Shown here piece after piece: positions 24,652 through 38,362 of a stretch of DNA of 61,654 nucleotides (position 1 is its first letter; each line of letters begins with the position of its first letter). Both the position numbers and the translations under genes were made by a program. Location: positions 1 to 61,654 of the forward strand of contig MQRK01232893.1 in assembly GCA_001938485.1 (NCBI GenBank), given 5' to 3'. This DNA is from Girardia tigrina (lineage: Eukaryota). Below the pieces are notes generated by a model that searched no databases, was not told the DNA's origin, and saw nothing but the letters and a program-made list of their open reading frames with translations.

Positions 24652-24865
24652 CAGTAAAACCTCTCTATGAGGAGTTATTTGGGACCGAGAAAACTACCTC
24701 TCTATAAGAAAAGTTGCTTAAAGAGATGTAGTTTTTAATTGTTTATTAATCGTTCGCTTATTAATTTCATTGTTTAACATATTTTCTTTTTGTTAACATA
24801 AAAATATTGTTCCTTATAGAGAATTACATCTTATAAAGAGGAATCTTTATAGAGAGGTTTTACTG
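24652..24865. mobile_element. pogo/Tigger-type MITE (214 bp)
   Basis: TIR CAGTAAAACCTCTCTAT / ATAGAGAGGTTTTACTG, TA duplication. Confidence 0.9.
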
Positions 24866-25249
24866 TAGTGAAAAACGAAAAAAACATGTTTTGAGTAACC
24901 AATTATGATTTCATAATTTACGACATGGTTCGTTCTTAACATATCATGAAGTCCATCAATAAAAGATATTGTAAAACATTGAAAATCAAAACCAAAAGAG
25001 TCTGTATCAAAAACAGAATATCTGCCTGAATTCTAATTTGATATAAATAACTGTTAAAGACTAAACAGAATTATTTATAAAATACTAATATTTTAAATTT
25101 CTTAAATTGGAGTTAAATATTTTTTTAAAGAAGGCAACTGTTATAATTCAAAAAACATCAATTTAGTCTTCAAGTAATTATTTTATTTTTTTTAATTCTG
25201 AAAGTTAAATTCTACCAAAACCAATGACAAACAACTCTTATTTATATTC

Positions 25250-26630
25250 TTTGAAATTAAGCAAGACCGAATCAAAGTAAGGAACCATCGAGAAAGAAGC
25301 TGTGGAAATATTTTCTGCAGTGGAACATTTGAGATAATTTCTTTTTGAATGTCAATTTCAAATAATAACTGACCATTAAGGAATTTTATATCTATTATAC
25401 AAGTTATTTTAATAAAATTAAGAATACAAAGTAGTACCGCTGGTATACTGCACTTACTGAACATGTTTTTTATACCCTTTATCAACCGGGATCTTTTATC
25501 AGTTGGCTGTAACCTTGAATTGTTTATGTAGTGTGGAAGGCGAAGACAACACAAAAGTTCGAGACATTTATGTTTTAGTTAAGTCAATTCATTATAAAAT
25601 GGCCAATCCTGTGGTATCGCGAATTACTGAATTAACGAAGAGAAAATTTGAATTTAATAGATTACAGGTTATTGCAAATGGTTGTGTAAAGAACTACAAG
25701 ATTTTTCCCAAATAAGAACCTCATTTCTAACGGAAATCTACAAGTCATTTAGTTTTGTCACAAAGTTTCAAAGAATTTTGTGGGTACCAAAGACTTTGAT
25801 ACTGATAACATATATTTATTCATGGTAGTCGATGACTATTATCGCTTTCCATTGATATTTTCAGTACCAGACACATAATTAGAGGAAGCCATTCGATGTT
25901 TGGAGAAATTGATAACTAAATTCGTCTCCTAGTTGAGATTCATAGCGATGATGACAGATAATTTGGGAGGCGAGAGTTTATGCACTTCTTCCACAGGTTG
26001 AATATTTTGAAATCTTGTGGGGCATCATATCATCCTGCAAGTAACGACCAACGTGAGTAATATAAGGACATAATTTGGAAGATGATCCATTTTTGTAATT
26101 GTCAAGCAAATATATACGTGAACGATTGCGAAAATGAATTAAAATTGGTTTTTAACAGTATTAGGTTCTTCTTTTAAGAGTATTTGCACAATATGTACCT
26201 CATTACTCATTTTTGGCTGTTACAAGATAATCAACGTTGGGAGATCTATTTAGAGTACGCCGAGTTCAATACTCAGTCCAACCAGAACCGCTGGAGTAAG
26301 TTCTACCCGAAAACATATCTGAGTAAGGTGGGCCCGTTAGTTGAAAAAGTGATTCTTAAAGAAATATTATCTCCTCAAGTTGTCTTAAATGATCTTTCCT
26401 TTTACTAGAAGAAGTGACAGTTTCATCTCAATATTTATCATTCAACCCTCACACTTTAAACAAAATAAAGATGATGATAATAAAGCCGAAGACGAATGTA
26501 CAGTCTGACAATTTCAGTATGTGGAACATAATGAGGAAAGCAAGATTTCATAAAATACCCAACGCATAAAATATAATTTACCTTAATGATTGTGATTATC
26601 TTTTAATAAATTAAGGGAGAGTTAATTTGT
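25250..26630 (+). pseudogene. Highly decayed Gypsy RNase H/integrase remnant
   Basis: VVDDYYRFP, GASYHPASNDQ and SKVGPLVEKVIL are recognisable. Purine tract AAGGGAGAG near 26613. Confidence 0.7.
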
Positions 26631-26789
26631 AAATTTATTAATACGGACTTTCTATTACGCTATTTTTCATTGTTAAGTAAATATTTAAGAGGAATTTAGG
26701 ATTGTTTCTGTGCATCTGTTTTTTGGTTCGTTTTCAAAATACAATATACAAAACACAAATTTTCCACAAATATTATTTTAATTTGTTTT

Positions 26790-27275
26790 GTTTTTTTGTC
26801 ATTATCTTTTAACTATATAATTATTAGAAGGGGATAAATTTAAAATTTACAATTTTTAATTTTAATAAATGATCATTTAATTTTAAATTTATTAATTATA
26901 ATTTCATTTATATTAGTTTTTTAGCATGGATTAAATAAATATTTTATGAAAATTATATCATTTTCCTTATATAATAACCAAACACCATTTTATAAATGAC
27001 ATTTAAATTAATAAATTAAAAATTTAAATGATAATTTATTCAAATAATATTTAATTTTACTTAAATCTAAAATTATTCAAAAAAATATTATTTGCTTTTA
27101 CGTAAATCTAAAAATATAAGCTTCCATATATAATAACAAAACAAAAAACTCATATAATAATAGTTAAATTAACAATTTAAAAATTAAATGATCATTTATT
27201 AAAATTAAAAAGTGTAAAATGAAAATTTATCGCATTTTAATAGTGATATAGTTAAAACCTAATTACAAAAAATCA
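26790..27275. repeat. Degenerate foldback element with about 100-bp inverted arms
   Basis: TTTTAATTTTAATAAATGATCATTTAATTTT (about 26855) is mirrored at about 27180-27210, and the similarity extends outward on both arms. Confidence 0.65.
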
Positions 27276-27507
27276 AAAAAATACTGAAATATAAAAAATA
27301 ACAGTTTCCATGTATGATTTCCACCAAACAAAAAATAGTTAATAAAGTAATAATAAATTTCAATCGGATAAGTGTTTGGTTATATCAACAATAAAAGATA
27401 AATATTGCAACCATATTTGATCGGAAAACAAGCTTGTATATATCTTCTTTCAAATTCCAAAATTGTTTGAGAGCCTCGGAGCTAGATAACCACTGTACCT
27501 TGATATA

Positions 27508-28745
27508 CGAGGGGTGTTCCAAAAGTTCGCGGACTGATAAGTAACAACAAATTCAAAAAGTTTATTCAAGTTAACAAAATTGATCAATCCCCATCAGAAT
27601 CGCTATTTAACTTTTCAATATAATCACCATTCAGTTTCACACACTTTTCCCATCTCTGTGTCAACTTCCTAATACCATTATCGAAGAAAATACGCGGTGT
27701 CTCCGCAACCCGCGCACTGACTGCTGTTTTTATTTCATCAAAATTCGCGAAATGATGTACTCGAAGGGGTTTCTCCAATGCCGAGAAAAGGTGATAATCA
27801 CTCGGCGCGAGGTCCGGTGAATATGGGGGGTGAGGCAAAAGTGTCCAGCCGAATCGTTGCACGGTACTGACAGTCAACTTCGCTATATTGGGACGTGCGT
27901 TGTCCTGCTGCAATAATGGGATGGATGACAACTTTCCCGGTCGTTTGTTCTTGAGAGCTTTGTGCAAATCTTGGTCGAGCAGGTTCGTGTAATATGCACT
28001 GTTGATGGTGACCCCCTTTGGCAGGTAATTAATTTGAATTATCCCATCACAGTCCCAAAAACTGTAACCATTACCTTCCCGGCTGAAGGGACGGTCTTCG
28101 CCTTTAAAGGGGGTCTGTCACCTGGGCGGTACTATTGACAGGACTTCTCCTTGGTTTCAGGAAGATAAAACGGGAGCCACGTTTCGTCCACTGTCACAAT
28201 CCGTGACCAGAACGTCTCACCGAGATTATGAACCAGTTGCAGCAGTTCTTGACAAGCAGACTTTCGATTATCCTTCTCGTCGTTGTTGAGGAGGCGCGGC
28301 AACCACCTGACAGTCAGTTTCCTCATATGCAGCTCCTCTGACATTATGCGGTGCACCTGACTTTTAGAAACGCTTGTAATAGATGCTATCTCACGGATAG
28401 TGAGACATCTGTCACCAATAATGACTTCCTCGATAACTTTCACATTTTTTGACATCCGGACGTTGTTGGTCGCCTACTGCGTTCATCGTCCTCCAATGAT
28501 TAACACCCTGCCTGGAATCGTTGCACCCACTTAAAGACAGCCGTTCTTCCCATAGCGGCATCACCAAAGACGCAGTATAAACGGTGCAATATATCTGCAG
28601 TGGGGGTGTCTTCCTTCCAGAGGAAATAGATGATTGCTCGTTGAGATTTCACTGCCTCTTCCACACTAACTACAAGAGAGAAAAATGACAAATTAATACA
28701 TTCGTATGCCACACACATGCCGGCGGGCAGCCAATGAGAGTTCAC
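27508..28745 (-). mobile_element. mariner transposon (irritans-like), 5' end lost
   Basis: TA followed by TIR CGAGGGGTGTTCCAAAAGTTCGCGGAC. Motifs WLPRLL, VTVDETW, QDNARP and YSPDLAPSDYHLF. Internal stops and a frameshift. No second TIR seen. Confidence 0.93.
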
Positions 28746-30235
28746 CGTCGATCTCTATCTTCCAATAATTTTTCATTTTTTTTTAAATTGCAATCAAATC
28801 AATATCATACTTAATTTTTAAATTTTAAAATAAAAATATTTATGAAAATTATTATTTTACATATGGTTATTTTTTTATATATTTAATTTTTAAATTTGTT
28901 TTTAATTTTAAGCCTTTTATAATGTTTATTATAATTTCGTTTTTTAAATGAAATATTATAGGGCTTTTCGATCAATTTCAGAATTAATAAATTTATTAAA
29001 AAAATCAAAAATATTTTTAATAATTTTAATTTTTTAACCTTATGAGGTTAAAAATTCACTTCGGCGTACTCTTACTCTACGAGAACTTGCTACCTGGATT
29101 TTGGAAACTTTCTAAGTCAATTTGTCAATAAGCACCATCGATAGGGCGCTGAATGAATTCCATTACACCATAAAGAGAACCACTTTAGTTTCGGAGCGAA
29201 GAAATTCTCTGACGACAAACGAGCTCAGATTGAACTATGTTTCGAAATTCAAGTTATTGGAGATCGAAAATGATGATAGGAATCTAATTTTTCTCGACTA
29301 AGTTGGATTTTCTGTTGTTAGTAGACCAAAAAGAGGTAGAAGTAGAAGTGATAAGTCTGCTTACATTTCTTTTCCGGCGGCTAGAAGCAGAAATATTTTA
29401 GTTGTTGCTGCAATGAAAAGTATGGTATGATTTACCATAAAATTCATGAAAGGGCAGTAAATAGAGAAGATTTTAAGGTTATATTGAAGGCAATCAAAGA
29501 AGCTTGCAAGTAATCTGGAATTAATAATCTAATTTTTATCATTTTTATCATGCAAGGATACACCATTTCAGGGGTTTGCTTGAAGACAGAAATTTTTGCT
29601 TATAATATTGAGTATCTCCCTCCCTATGCTCCATTTTTAAATTCAATTGAAAATGTGTTTTCTGTTTGGAAAAATTTGATGTTTCGCAGAAATGCTAGAA
29701 ATGAAAACCAGTTGAGAGGGTTGATAAGTGGGAATTTTTATGACATAACTCCTGAGCATTGTGGTTCTTTTTTTCCGTAAGATGTTGAGGTATATCCAAA
29801 AGTGTGAGTTAAGAAGTGTAATCCTGGAATAAATGATTTGTTGAACTGTTTTTATTTTAATAACAGTTTATACAATATATAATCTTTTAATAAATTTATT
29901 AATTCTGAAATTGATTGCAACAATTCTGAAATTGATCGAAAAACCATATATATGCTGCTTTTAATTTTGCGTTTTTTTAAAAAAAACATTTTTTAATATC
30001 TTTGCTATTTTTGAAATTTTTGAAAGTATGTTATGTTTAATATTTTATATTTTTCTACTAAAATAATATTTTAATTTAAATAAATTTATTATGAATATTT
30101 TTAAATTCAAATTTAAAACATTTAAGAATTATTCTAATTAATAATTAAAATTTTCAATTTGATTTCCATTCCAAATAATATTTTTTAAAACTATTTAAAT
30201 TTTGATCAGTGAACTAAAATTAACTACCTCCTCAT
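28746..30235 (-). repeat. LTR-like repeat (copy of 5473-6133) interrupted by an IS630/Tc1-like element
   Basis: Reverse complement matches, for example, TTCGCTGATCAAAATTTAAATAGTTT, AAAAAACGCAAAA..CAGCATATA and ATAGAGATC in the 5.5-6.1 kb copy. Confidence 0.75.
28961..29946 (+). mobile_element. IS630/Tc1-like DDE transposon, internally deleted
   Basis: TIR GGGCTTTTCGATCAATTTCAGAATT / AATTCTGAAATTGATCGAAAAACCA with TA flanks. Motifs IFLD*VGF and YLPPYAPFLNSIENVFS. Confidence 0.9.
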
Positions 30236-31318
30236 ATGGACTATTTAAAACTCTGCTTTTTTTTATGTAACTATTTAATTTTTGTTATAATTTTAAATTA
30301 GAAATTATTAGAAAAATTGAAAATTTTAACTGTCTCCTCATAAACCAAAACCTATAAATTAAATATGAACACTTTGATTCATATCTATTAAAAACACTAA
30401 TTTGAATTTTCAATACATTTATTGGTATCACAACTTGAATTGCCACAAAACTCTTGTAACTAGTCATCGTTCTTGACTGATAAATTTTTTAATAATATTT
30501 CTAAACTTCTTATTATTGTAACAAATTGAAATTACAATTTAATTTACAATTCGATTACAAAATAATTTATAAATTAAATTACAAAATAATTTTTATTTAT
30601 TTTAAGAAAAATATTTTTAATATATTATTTATGATATATTAATTTAATTTTAAAGTTGGTTATTTAAATTTTAAAATTGATTAAATAATCCGACGTTTTA
30701 AATATTTAAAATATTAATCTTCCATCTGGGTGGGAGAAACACAATCCTAAGACAACATACCAAACTACATACAATAAACACCATTCAAAAATAATCCTCA
30801 CAATATCAACATGGTTTTTCCATTCACTAATGTGAGGGATATTGGAATGATGTTTAAATGATTTTGAGTGATTGTTGAATGAGTTTTATAATATGTTTGA
30901 GACTGGTTGTTGTTTGAAGCATGACATCTCTCCCTAGACAATTGAAGTTAAGTATTGTAGAATTTAAAAATATTTCTAAATCCAAAAAGACTTCTAAGGT
31001 ACCTGAAATTTGCTAAAATACGTAATACACTACTTAACTTCTTTTACTTATCATTAATGTACTTTAAATACATCGTTCTTATAAATTTTGTTATTTTCTA
31101 CATAGTAAATTTAATTTTTGACCGTAGATGTATATTTTTTTATTAAATAAAGTAATAAGATGTTCTTAATTTTAATATAACGTATGATAATTGTATATAA
31201 TTATTAAATTATATTCAAAAGGACATTTTTCTTCACAAATCTCTTACTTAGACTTATTTATTTTTGATTTTAAATTTTCCGTCAATTAAGAATTAAAAAT
31301 CAAATGTTTTAATTATAG

Positions 31319-31442
31319 TGAACATGGGACATCTTTACCTGAAGAAGGAAAATATGCAGCTGGAATGCTTTTTGTTGATCCAGAGAAAGTAGAAGTCATC
31401 ATGGAAAGATTTACCGATATCGTAGTTGAATGTCATTTAGAA
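31319..31442 (+). CDS. GLT1: Glutamate synthase, exon 3
   Basis: Phase-compatible with exon 2 (AT+T). EHGTSLPEEGKYAAGMLFVDPEKVEVIMERFTDIVVECHLE fits the LP..G.YA.GM.F motif. TAG acceptor and GTAAAG donor. Confidence 0.92.
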
Positions 31443-31531
31443 GTAAAGTTAATTGTAATATCAAATTAACTAATGAATATTTTTACATTTCATATCAACA
31501 AATATTTTATTTTACTTATTCATATTTTAAG

Positions 31532-33303
31532 CAAGGCTGTGAAAAAATACATTTATATTGCAATTAATTGTAAAGTGAGCAGTAAAAATAAGACCAGGTC
31601 AAGTTAACCGTAATTAAGGAATGGGTTTTTAAATTATGACGCATTAAACCAAACTCGATTAATATAATTATTAAAATAACAATTATTTTGTTTCAATATT
31701 ATACAGTTTAAAGGTCATTTATTATTTATTAATTTAAATCCCCAACTCAAATGACCAATCCAATTATTAGCAAGACTGAAATACAAAATTTTTTTAAAAA
31801 ATCGACAGCCGTGGGGGATCAAGATAGATGGAAGTGCCTACTGTGTCCGGAATCAAAAAATCCCATTCGACAAAAAGAAAAATCCGGCTTTACCAACTTA
31901 AAGAATCACATCAACAATGTGCATCCGGATTGGGTCACAAAGCAAACGGCACAATGCACATTTGAAAAGTATCTTCGTCCGAAATCTTCGAATATATATG
32001 GATGGATGAAAAAAGTCGTCTTGAATTGCCAGCCTTTAAGCATTGTAGAGAACCAAATAGAATTGGAATTTACAACTCTAAAGCCGGTTTGCAGAAGGAC
32101 CTTGAAATCTGCGATTTCAAAGACATACAGATTAACATTTGAACAAGTTATGGAGTTGCTACCACAGAGTTTTTGTTTGTGTTTCGATGCTTGAACGAGA
32201 AACTCTTTTCATTTCGTGGTGATTTATGCCATTTTCAATGATTTGGAGTTCAAAAAAAGAACAATTCTTTTAAGCTTTGGAACTTTACTTGATGAAAGCA
32301 ATTGGACATCCGCTAATTATGCAGATACGGTCATCGCATTGCTGGAGTCGATGAACAAGTCCATAGAGAACGTCATTTGTCTCAAATTAAATCTGGCCGT
32401 CGAGAAGTATATTAAATGTTTTCCAGAAATTCAAATAATAAACCAGCTAATGATCAAATTGTCGACGCCTTTGAAAATGGCAAAACTCAGACTACGAACG
32501 CCGTTACGACCCATTTCGAAAAATTTGACACGCTGGTCAAGTTGTTTCAATATGCTGGAAAGATTCTTTGAAATTCAGGAGGATCTTGATATCACTGATC
32601 CCGATTTGGCCTTATTGATGCCAAATTGTGTCCAAATACTGCAAATTAAAACTGTAATGAACGAGCTAAATTTATTGAACCAGTTAACTGTTTATCTGCA
32701 GAGCCCTTGATTGACTTTATTAGATGCAAGAAATTGCTTTGATCGGGTTATCACTACACATCCAGCCATGAAACAATAACTTGGATCGGATGCTAAAATT
32801 GTCCATTCACCTGTCTTCGAGAATTCAGTTGTCAAAGTTCTTTATGATAAAGAAAATGATTTGACTGTTGAAGAAAGACTTTCCCTAAAGAAGTTGGAAA
32901 AGAACTATTCGACGATTCCTGCTATTCTGTCTTTCGATAGAAATCCATATATTTGTGGACCCTCTACTACCATCAATAATCCGTCAAAATACATTGATCT
33001 AACTTTTTACTCCCGACATCAAACATTGTCGAACGCTTATTTAATTTGGCTGGAAGAATATATTGTGACAACAGAAAGAGTTTAGATAACTCAACGTTGG
33101 AAGAAATTATATTTTTTTAATGAGAGTGTCGTAGATAAGGCTATGGAATAAATAAAATTTTTCCTCGTTCTTTTGAATTATTTAGGAACTTTAAGATTTT
33201 TATTTTAAAAATTATAAATTATAAATGTTTGCAATTAATTGAAACAATTGCAATAATTCATTGTTTGCCTCCAATTAATTGCAATTAATTTTTCCCAGCC
33301 TTG
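31532..33303 (+). mobile_element. hAT transposon, full termini, disrupted transposase
   Basis: TIR CAAGGCTGTGAAAAA / TTTTTCCCAGCCTTG with an exact 8-bp TSD ATTTTAAG (31524-31531, 33304-33311). BED-like CLLC..NLKNH..H, then FDA*, TRWSS and NIVERLF. Confidence 0.95.
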
Positions 33304-33926
33304 ATTTTAAGTATAATGTTTCATATAATGTTTTATAAAAATTCGAGAATATTACAATATTACTTATTAATACTGACAGTTGTAATTTGTCTATTTCAAT
33401 AAATATTGATTTTAAATTCTGGTGGTTTTTAGAATTATCGTAAAATTCCACATTCTATTCGTAAATATTAGTAAAAAGGTTTTATAAAAAAGGGTGTATT
33501 GAAAAAATATTGCAGGGAAACTTTCGTAGAAAAAACATCGCAGATATTTGACAAATTTCCATCGCGAAACTTTTCCTAAATTATTGTTGAATTGTACATT
33601 TTCACCACAAGGTGATATCATCGCATGGACAAACATCACGGGTATTTTGATACTTCTTTACGAGAAAAAATAGAAAAAATCGAGATAATACTTTATTTAA
33701 CTGAATTTTTCATTTTACTTTTTGAAGCAAGATTAAACTATTTTTGTATCTGTAGAAATGATTTTAGATTTTTTTTGAGATTAGATTTTTATTTATAATA
33801 AATTAATGTACTATGTTTTTTTTAAACTTCTGTTACATCTATGACGTATTAATTTTTTTATTGCCATTTGATTGGTTATTTTATCACCAATTATCAATTA
33901 TGATTTAATAAAAATAATGTAAATTA

Positions 33927-35196
33927 TTGGGTTGGCCAAAAAGTCATTGCGTTTTTTTACTAAAATATTTATCATCAAAAAATGACATGCATGCACAAAT
34001 ATTTTTACACGATATACTGTCCATTATTTTCAATCACTTTCTTCCACCTTTCCCGTAGCTTCATTAATCCTGATTCATAAAAACCTTTGCCTTTGTCAGC
34101 AAAAAAGCCGTCTAGGAACGATTTGATGTCATCATCACTGGCGAATGTTTTTCTGTTTAAGGAATTCTGCAGTGATCTAAATAAGTGAAAATCAGAATAC
34201 GGTTGGTGCGGCAAAACCTCCCAATCCAGTGATAAGAGTTTCTGGCGAGTGGTCAAACTTGTATGCGGTCTTGCGTTATCATACTGAATTACAACTCCTT
34301 TTCGATTTGCCAATTCAGGACGTTCCTGTTGAATTGAATGAGCCAATTTCTGAAGCTGACCACAATATCTGTCTGAATTGATGGTTTTATTCCTCGGAAG
34401 GAGTTCAAAAAACACAATTCCTTTAAAATCCCACCAGACGGAAAGCATAACCTTCTTTTGGTGAATTTCTGCNNNNNNNNNNNNNNNNNNNNNNNNNNNN
34501 NNNNNNNNNNNNNNNNNNNNNNNNNNNNNNNNNNNNNNNNNNNNNNNNNNNNNNNNNNNNNNNNNNNNNNNNNNNNNNNNNNNNNNNNNNNNNNNNNNNN
34601 NNNNNNNNNNNNNNNNNNNNNNNNNNNNNNNNNNNNNNNNNNNNNNNNNNNNNNNNNNNNNNNNNNNNNNNNNNNNNNNNNNNNNNNNNNNNNNNNNNNN
34701 NNNNNNNNNNNNNNNNNNNNNNNNNNNNNNNNNNNNNNNNNNNNNNNNNNNNNNNNNNNNNNNNNNNNNNNNNNNNNNNNNNNNNNNNNNNNNNNNNNNN
34801 NNNNNNNNNNNNNNNNNNNNNNNNNNNNNNNNNNNNNNNNNNNNNNNNNNNNNNNNNNNNNNNNNNNNNNNNNNNNNNNNNNNNNNNNNNNNNNNNNNNN
34901 NNNNNNNNNNNNNNNNNNNNNNNNNNNNNNNNNNNNNNNNNNNNNNNNNNNNNNNNNNNNNNNNNNNNNNNNNNNNNNNNNNNNNNNNNNNNNNNNNNNN
35001 NNNNNNNNNNNNNNNNNNNNNNNNNNNNNNNNNNNNNNNNNNNNNNNNNNNNNNNNNNNNNNNNNNNNNNNNNNNNNNNCTGAAAATTAAGGTTTCAGAA
35101 TATATAATTGAATTTAAATTTTATCACATCGTTTTATATTTTCAAGCTTTTTATTAGGACGTACTAAAAAACGCAATGACTTTTTGGCCAACCCAA
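33927..35196 (-). mobile_element. mariner transposon (mellifera-like), young, spanning an N-gap
   Basis: Perfect 31-bp TIRs TTGGGTTGGCCAAAAAGTCATTGCGTTTTTT with TA flanks. C-terminal transposase at 34005-34448. Confidence 0.95.
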
Positions 35197-35299
35197 TAGT
35201 AAATCAAAAAATTAAAATTTTAATATCCATTCTTTATGCAGACTGTTAGGTTGGGAATTATCAACCATTCTAAATCAAAAAGAAATTAAGACTTGCAAA

Positions 35300-35830
35300 A
35301 TGTTATTAATCTACGACAGGTTAAATTTGTTATTTAACAAATTTTCATTTTTTTTATTTTCTTTTTTTTAATTCTATTTTCCATTATTTTTTTAATTTCG
35401 ATTATAATTCAAATTTTTTAAAAACCAAAATTCTTATTTCCGAAAATTAAAAAATTAACAACGACACTCTCTTACACCCCGCACGCAAGAATTTTTTAAT
35501 TTTCTCCACATTTCTTTCACATGTTTTACCAGACATATCACCAAGAACATATCTTCTATCATGTACTTTTCGAACGACATTATATGGCCCGTCGTATCTC
35601 CCTTGATCTTTTGTTCTAGGTCCTACTTTTACCAATACTTCATCTCCTGGGAAGAATTTTCTTCGCGTGATAGGCTCCTGGTCCCGCTCATATTGAAATA
35701 TCTTGCTATTTTTTTCCCATCCCATTTCTCCCTGCTAATGCGTCTTCCGAAAATGATTTCAGCTGGACTCATCCCGATAGTCGTCTGTAATGTGGCATTT
35801 AATGAGAACTCGATCTCCAGTGGAAAAATG
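35300..35830 (-). mobile_element. Gypsy integrase C-terminus, PPT and start of 3' LTR
   Basis: FFPGDEVLVK..RYDGPY..RNVEKIK. On the minus strand GCGTGCGGGG precedes TGTAAG. Confidence 0.8.
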
Positions 35831-38362
35831 AACTATTTTAAATGAACTATAAAAAAGATATTGTAAGATTTTAATATAAATAGTAAAGTAGTATGCATGA
35901 ACATTCTAATAATGTCTAAATGAATTCCTTGAGTTTTTTTTTGGTTATTCACTTATTTTTCCTACTATTTCTTTCGACACTCCACAAGTCAATACAAATA
36001 CCCTCGAACATATCAGTTACTTGTATTTTCACAGAATTTTCTTTAGTTCTCGTAAAAACCACTTTAAGTTTTGACACGCTACATATCTCTGAACGTCTTT
36101 TTGAATTATCTGTGTGACGCCAAACAGTGGACAGTAAAATCACGGATTTCAAGAATATATTGAAAAGGGCTTTTAAACGGCCATCATCCATAATCCTGGA
36201 TCTCAATGAGTTGATGACTTACAGGAAAGATGCCGACTCAGTGACAATATTTTTCGAAAAAATTAAAAAAAATGTGGATAGAGTGCTGTTACACACGTGG
36301 AACAAGCAGGAATTGATTACCTATTTCCTCACCCATAGTGTCAAGGATGTGTCAACCAGGACGCAAAATTTTATGCAAGAAGCGCAAGTTCTGGACTCCA
36401 TTCAAACGGTGATCGAGAAAATGGAGCACCTCATGGTGGAAGTACTATCCAACGAGATTGCGTTATTGCAACAGTAAAAGATTTTCGCGAATATATTGCG
36501 AGAGAAATCAAATTTCTGGAAACAACCCCGTTTCCAACAGACAAGGGAATTCCGACCGGAATCAATCAAACGAAATAAAATTTATGATCAAAGAAACCAA
36601 CAGAGATACCAGAAGCCGACGAGAAAGGTGACTGTATGTTTCAATTGTAGAAAAACTGGACAGATGAGACGGGGATGAAAAACGGTTTTACGGATGCCAT
36701 GCCAAAGGACATATCCGGAGAGAGTGGCCATATCTAAAATGTGCGAATTGCAAGGCACATTAAAATATTATGGTACCAATGCTTCAAACAAGAAGGCAAA
36801 CAGATTAATCGAGATCCGATCGGGTGATAATCGAACCGGTATAAATCGAGATTGGCAGGAATCAATGAAATGGAGGAGATAGATGGATGTGACCGAGACA
36901 TATCGGGAAATGTAAAAGCCTATCAGCCAAAAGAGGATAAGAGTCATAAATTAAAAAGTAAGAATATACTGGATCCGGTGATTTCTAATATTACTGATTG
37001 TAATTGAAATTTTAATTATATTAATAATTATAGTAATGTATGTAATAATGTATTTTAAGTATAATACTTATAATGTATGCAGTTTTAATGATTATAATAA
37101 ACGTATATGACAAGAAAAATTTTTATTGATAATTCAATTCAAGAGTATAAGATAATTAAATATGAGATTTCACCGAAGGAGAAACTAGACTATAGTGAAT
37201 TTAACGGTGGGCCCAGTATTACGGTTAGGATTGAAGGAATGGAGAATAACTGTTTATTAGACACAGGGGCCCGAATCAATGTTACTGTCTTGGAAATTGC
37301 ACAAAAGTTACAGGTTAGAATAAATAATAGGACAATATCATCGATAATATGTGCAAACGACAGTGGAATGGATATAGTTGGTACTTGTAGTTTTATAGTG
37401 GTATGGAAAAACACGATAGTTATTAAGTTATTTTATATGGCAAAAGCTGTTTTCCAAGCAATAATTTTTGGAATAACATTGACCAGAGCGATTGGTTTAG
37501 AACTGAGATGGAGTAGAGAGAATACAATAAAAGATTAGAATGATAGAACCGAACCTCATGGAGAAATTTGTGTTTTAAATATCTCTGTATAAATAAGTTG
37601 AAATATACCGATACAATGCAGTTTTTGAACGAAAAAGTACATTTTAAAGGAAGTAAATAAGTTATTTAAATGTATCAACAAGTTTTAAAATATATATTGG
37701 CTGGAAGATGGGATATATGTTAAGACGACGTTGGTTAAACACAAAATTGACACAACAGGACAACCGATTCTACGAAAACCGCGGAGGCAGCCAAACCATC
37801 TGGAACGACATATAAATGATGCAATCAGTAATCTGGAAATACATGGTAAAATAGAGAAATGCTCGTCACCATGAAATACACCACTGGTGTGCGTTTGGAA
37901 GAAAGAGACCAAAGAAATCCGTTTTTGTTTGAGTTTTAGGTGACAGAGAGACCTTCATTTCCTATACCGAACATTGACGAGATGGTAGACTCACTGAAGG
38001 GTATTAAATGGTTCAGTTCCATTGACCAGGCGAATGCTTACTAGTAGGTGGAATTAGAAATGTCATCGAAAGTAAAAACTGCGTTCTCAACTAAAACAAG
38101 ACAATATTGTTTCACGATAATGCCATTTGGTATTGCAGCAGCTCCGGAGGACATTTCATAAACTGATCGCGGACGTTTTGAAAGAAATATTGGGGAAGGA
38201 AGTAATGGTTTATTTGGACGACATCCTGCTATTTTCGAAAACCCAAACAGAACACTTGGATAGGTTTGAAAAACTATTTACACGGATATAAGCTGCGATA
38301 CTGAGATTAAATCCCGAAAAATGCAAATGCTTTCAAGATGAGTTGAGATTTTTAGGTCAATA

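Noticed and set aside
32190-32196. TGA at conserved Trp positions in several elements suggesting an alternative genetic code
   Set aside because: The host exons use TGG for Trp, and the same elements also have TAA/TAG stops and frameshifts, so this is ordinary decay.
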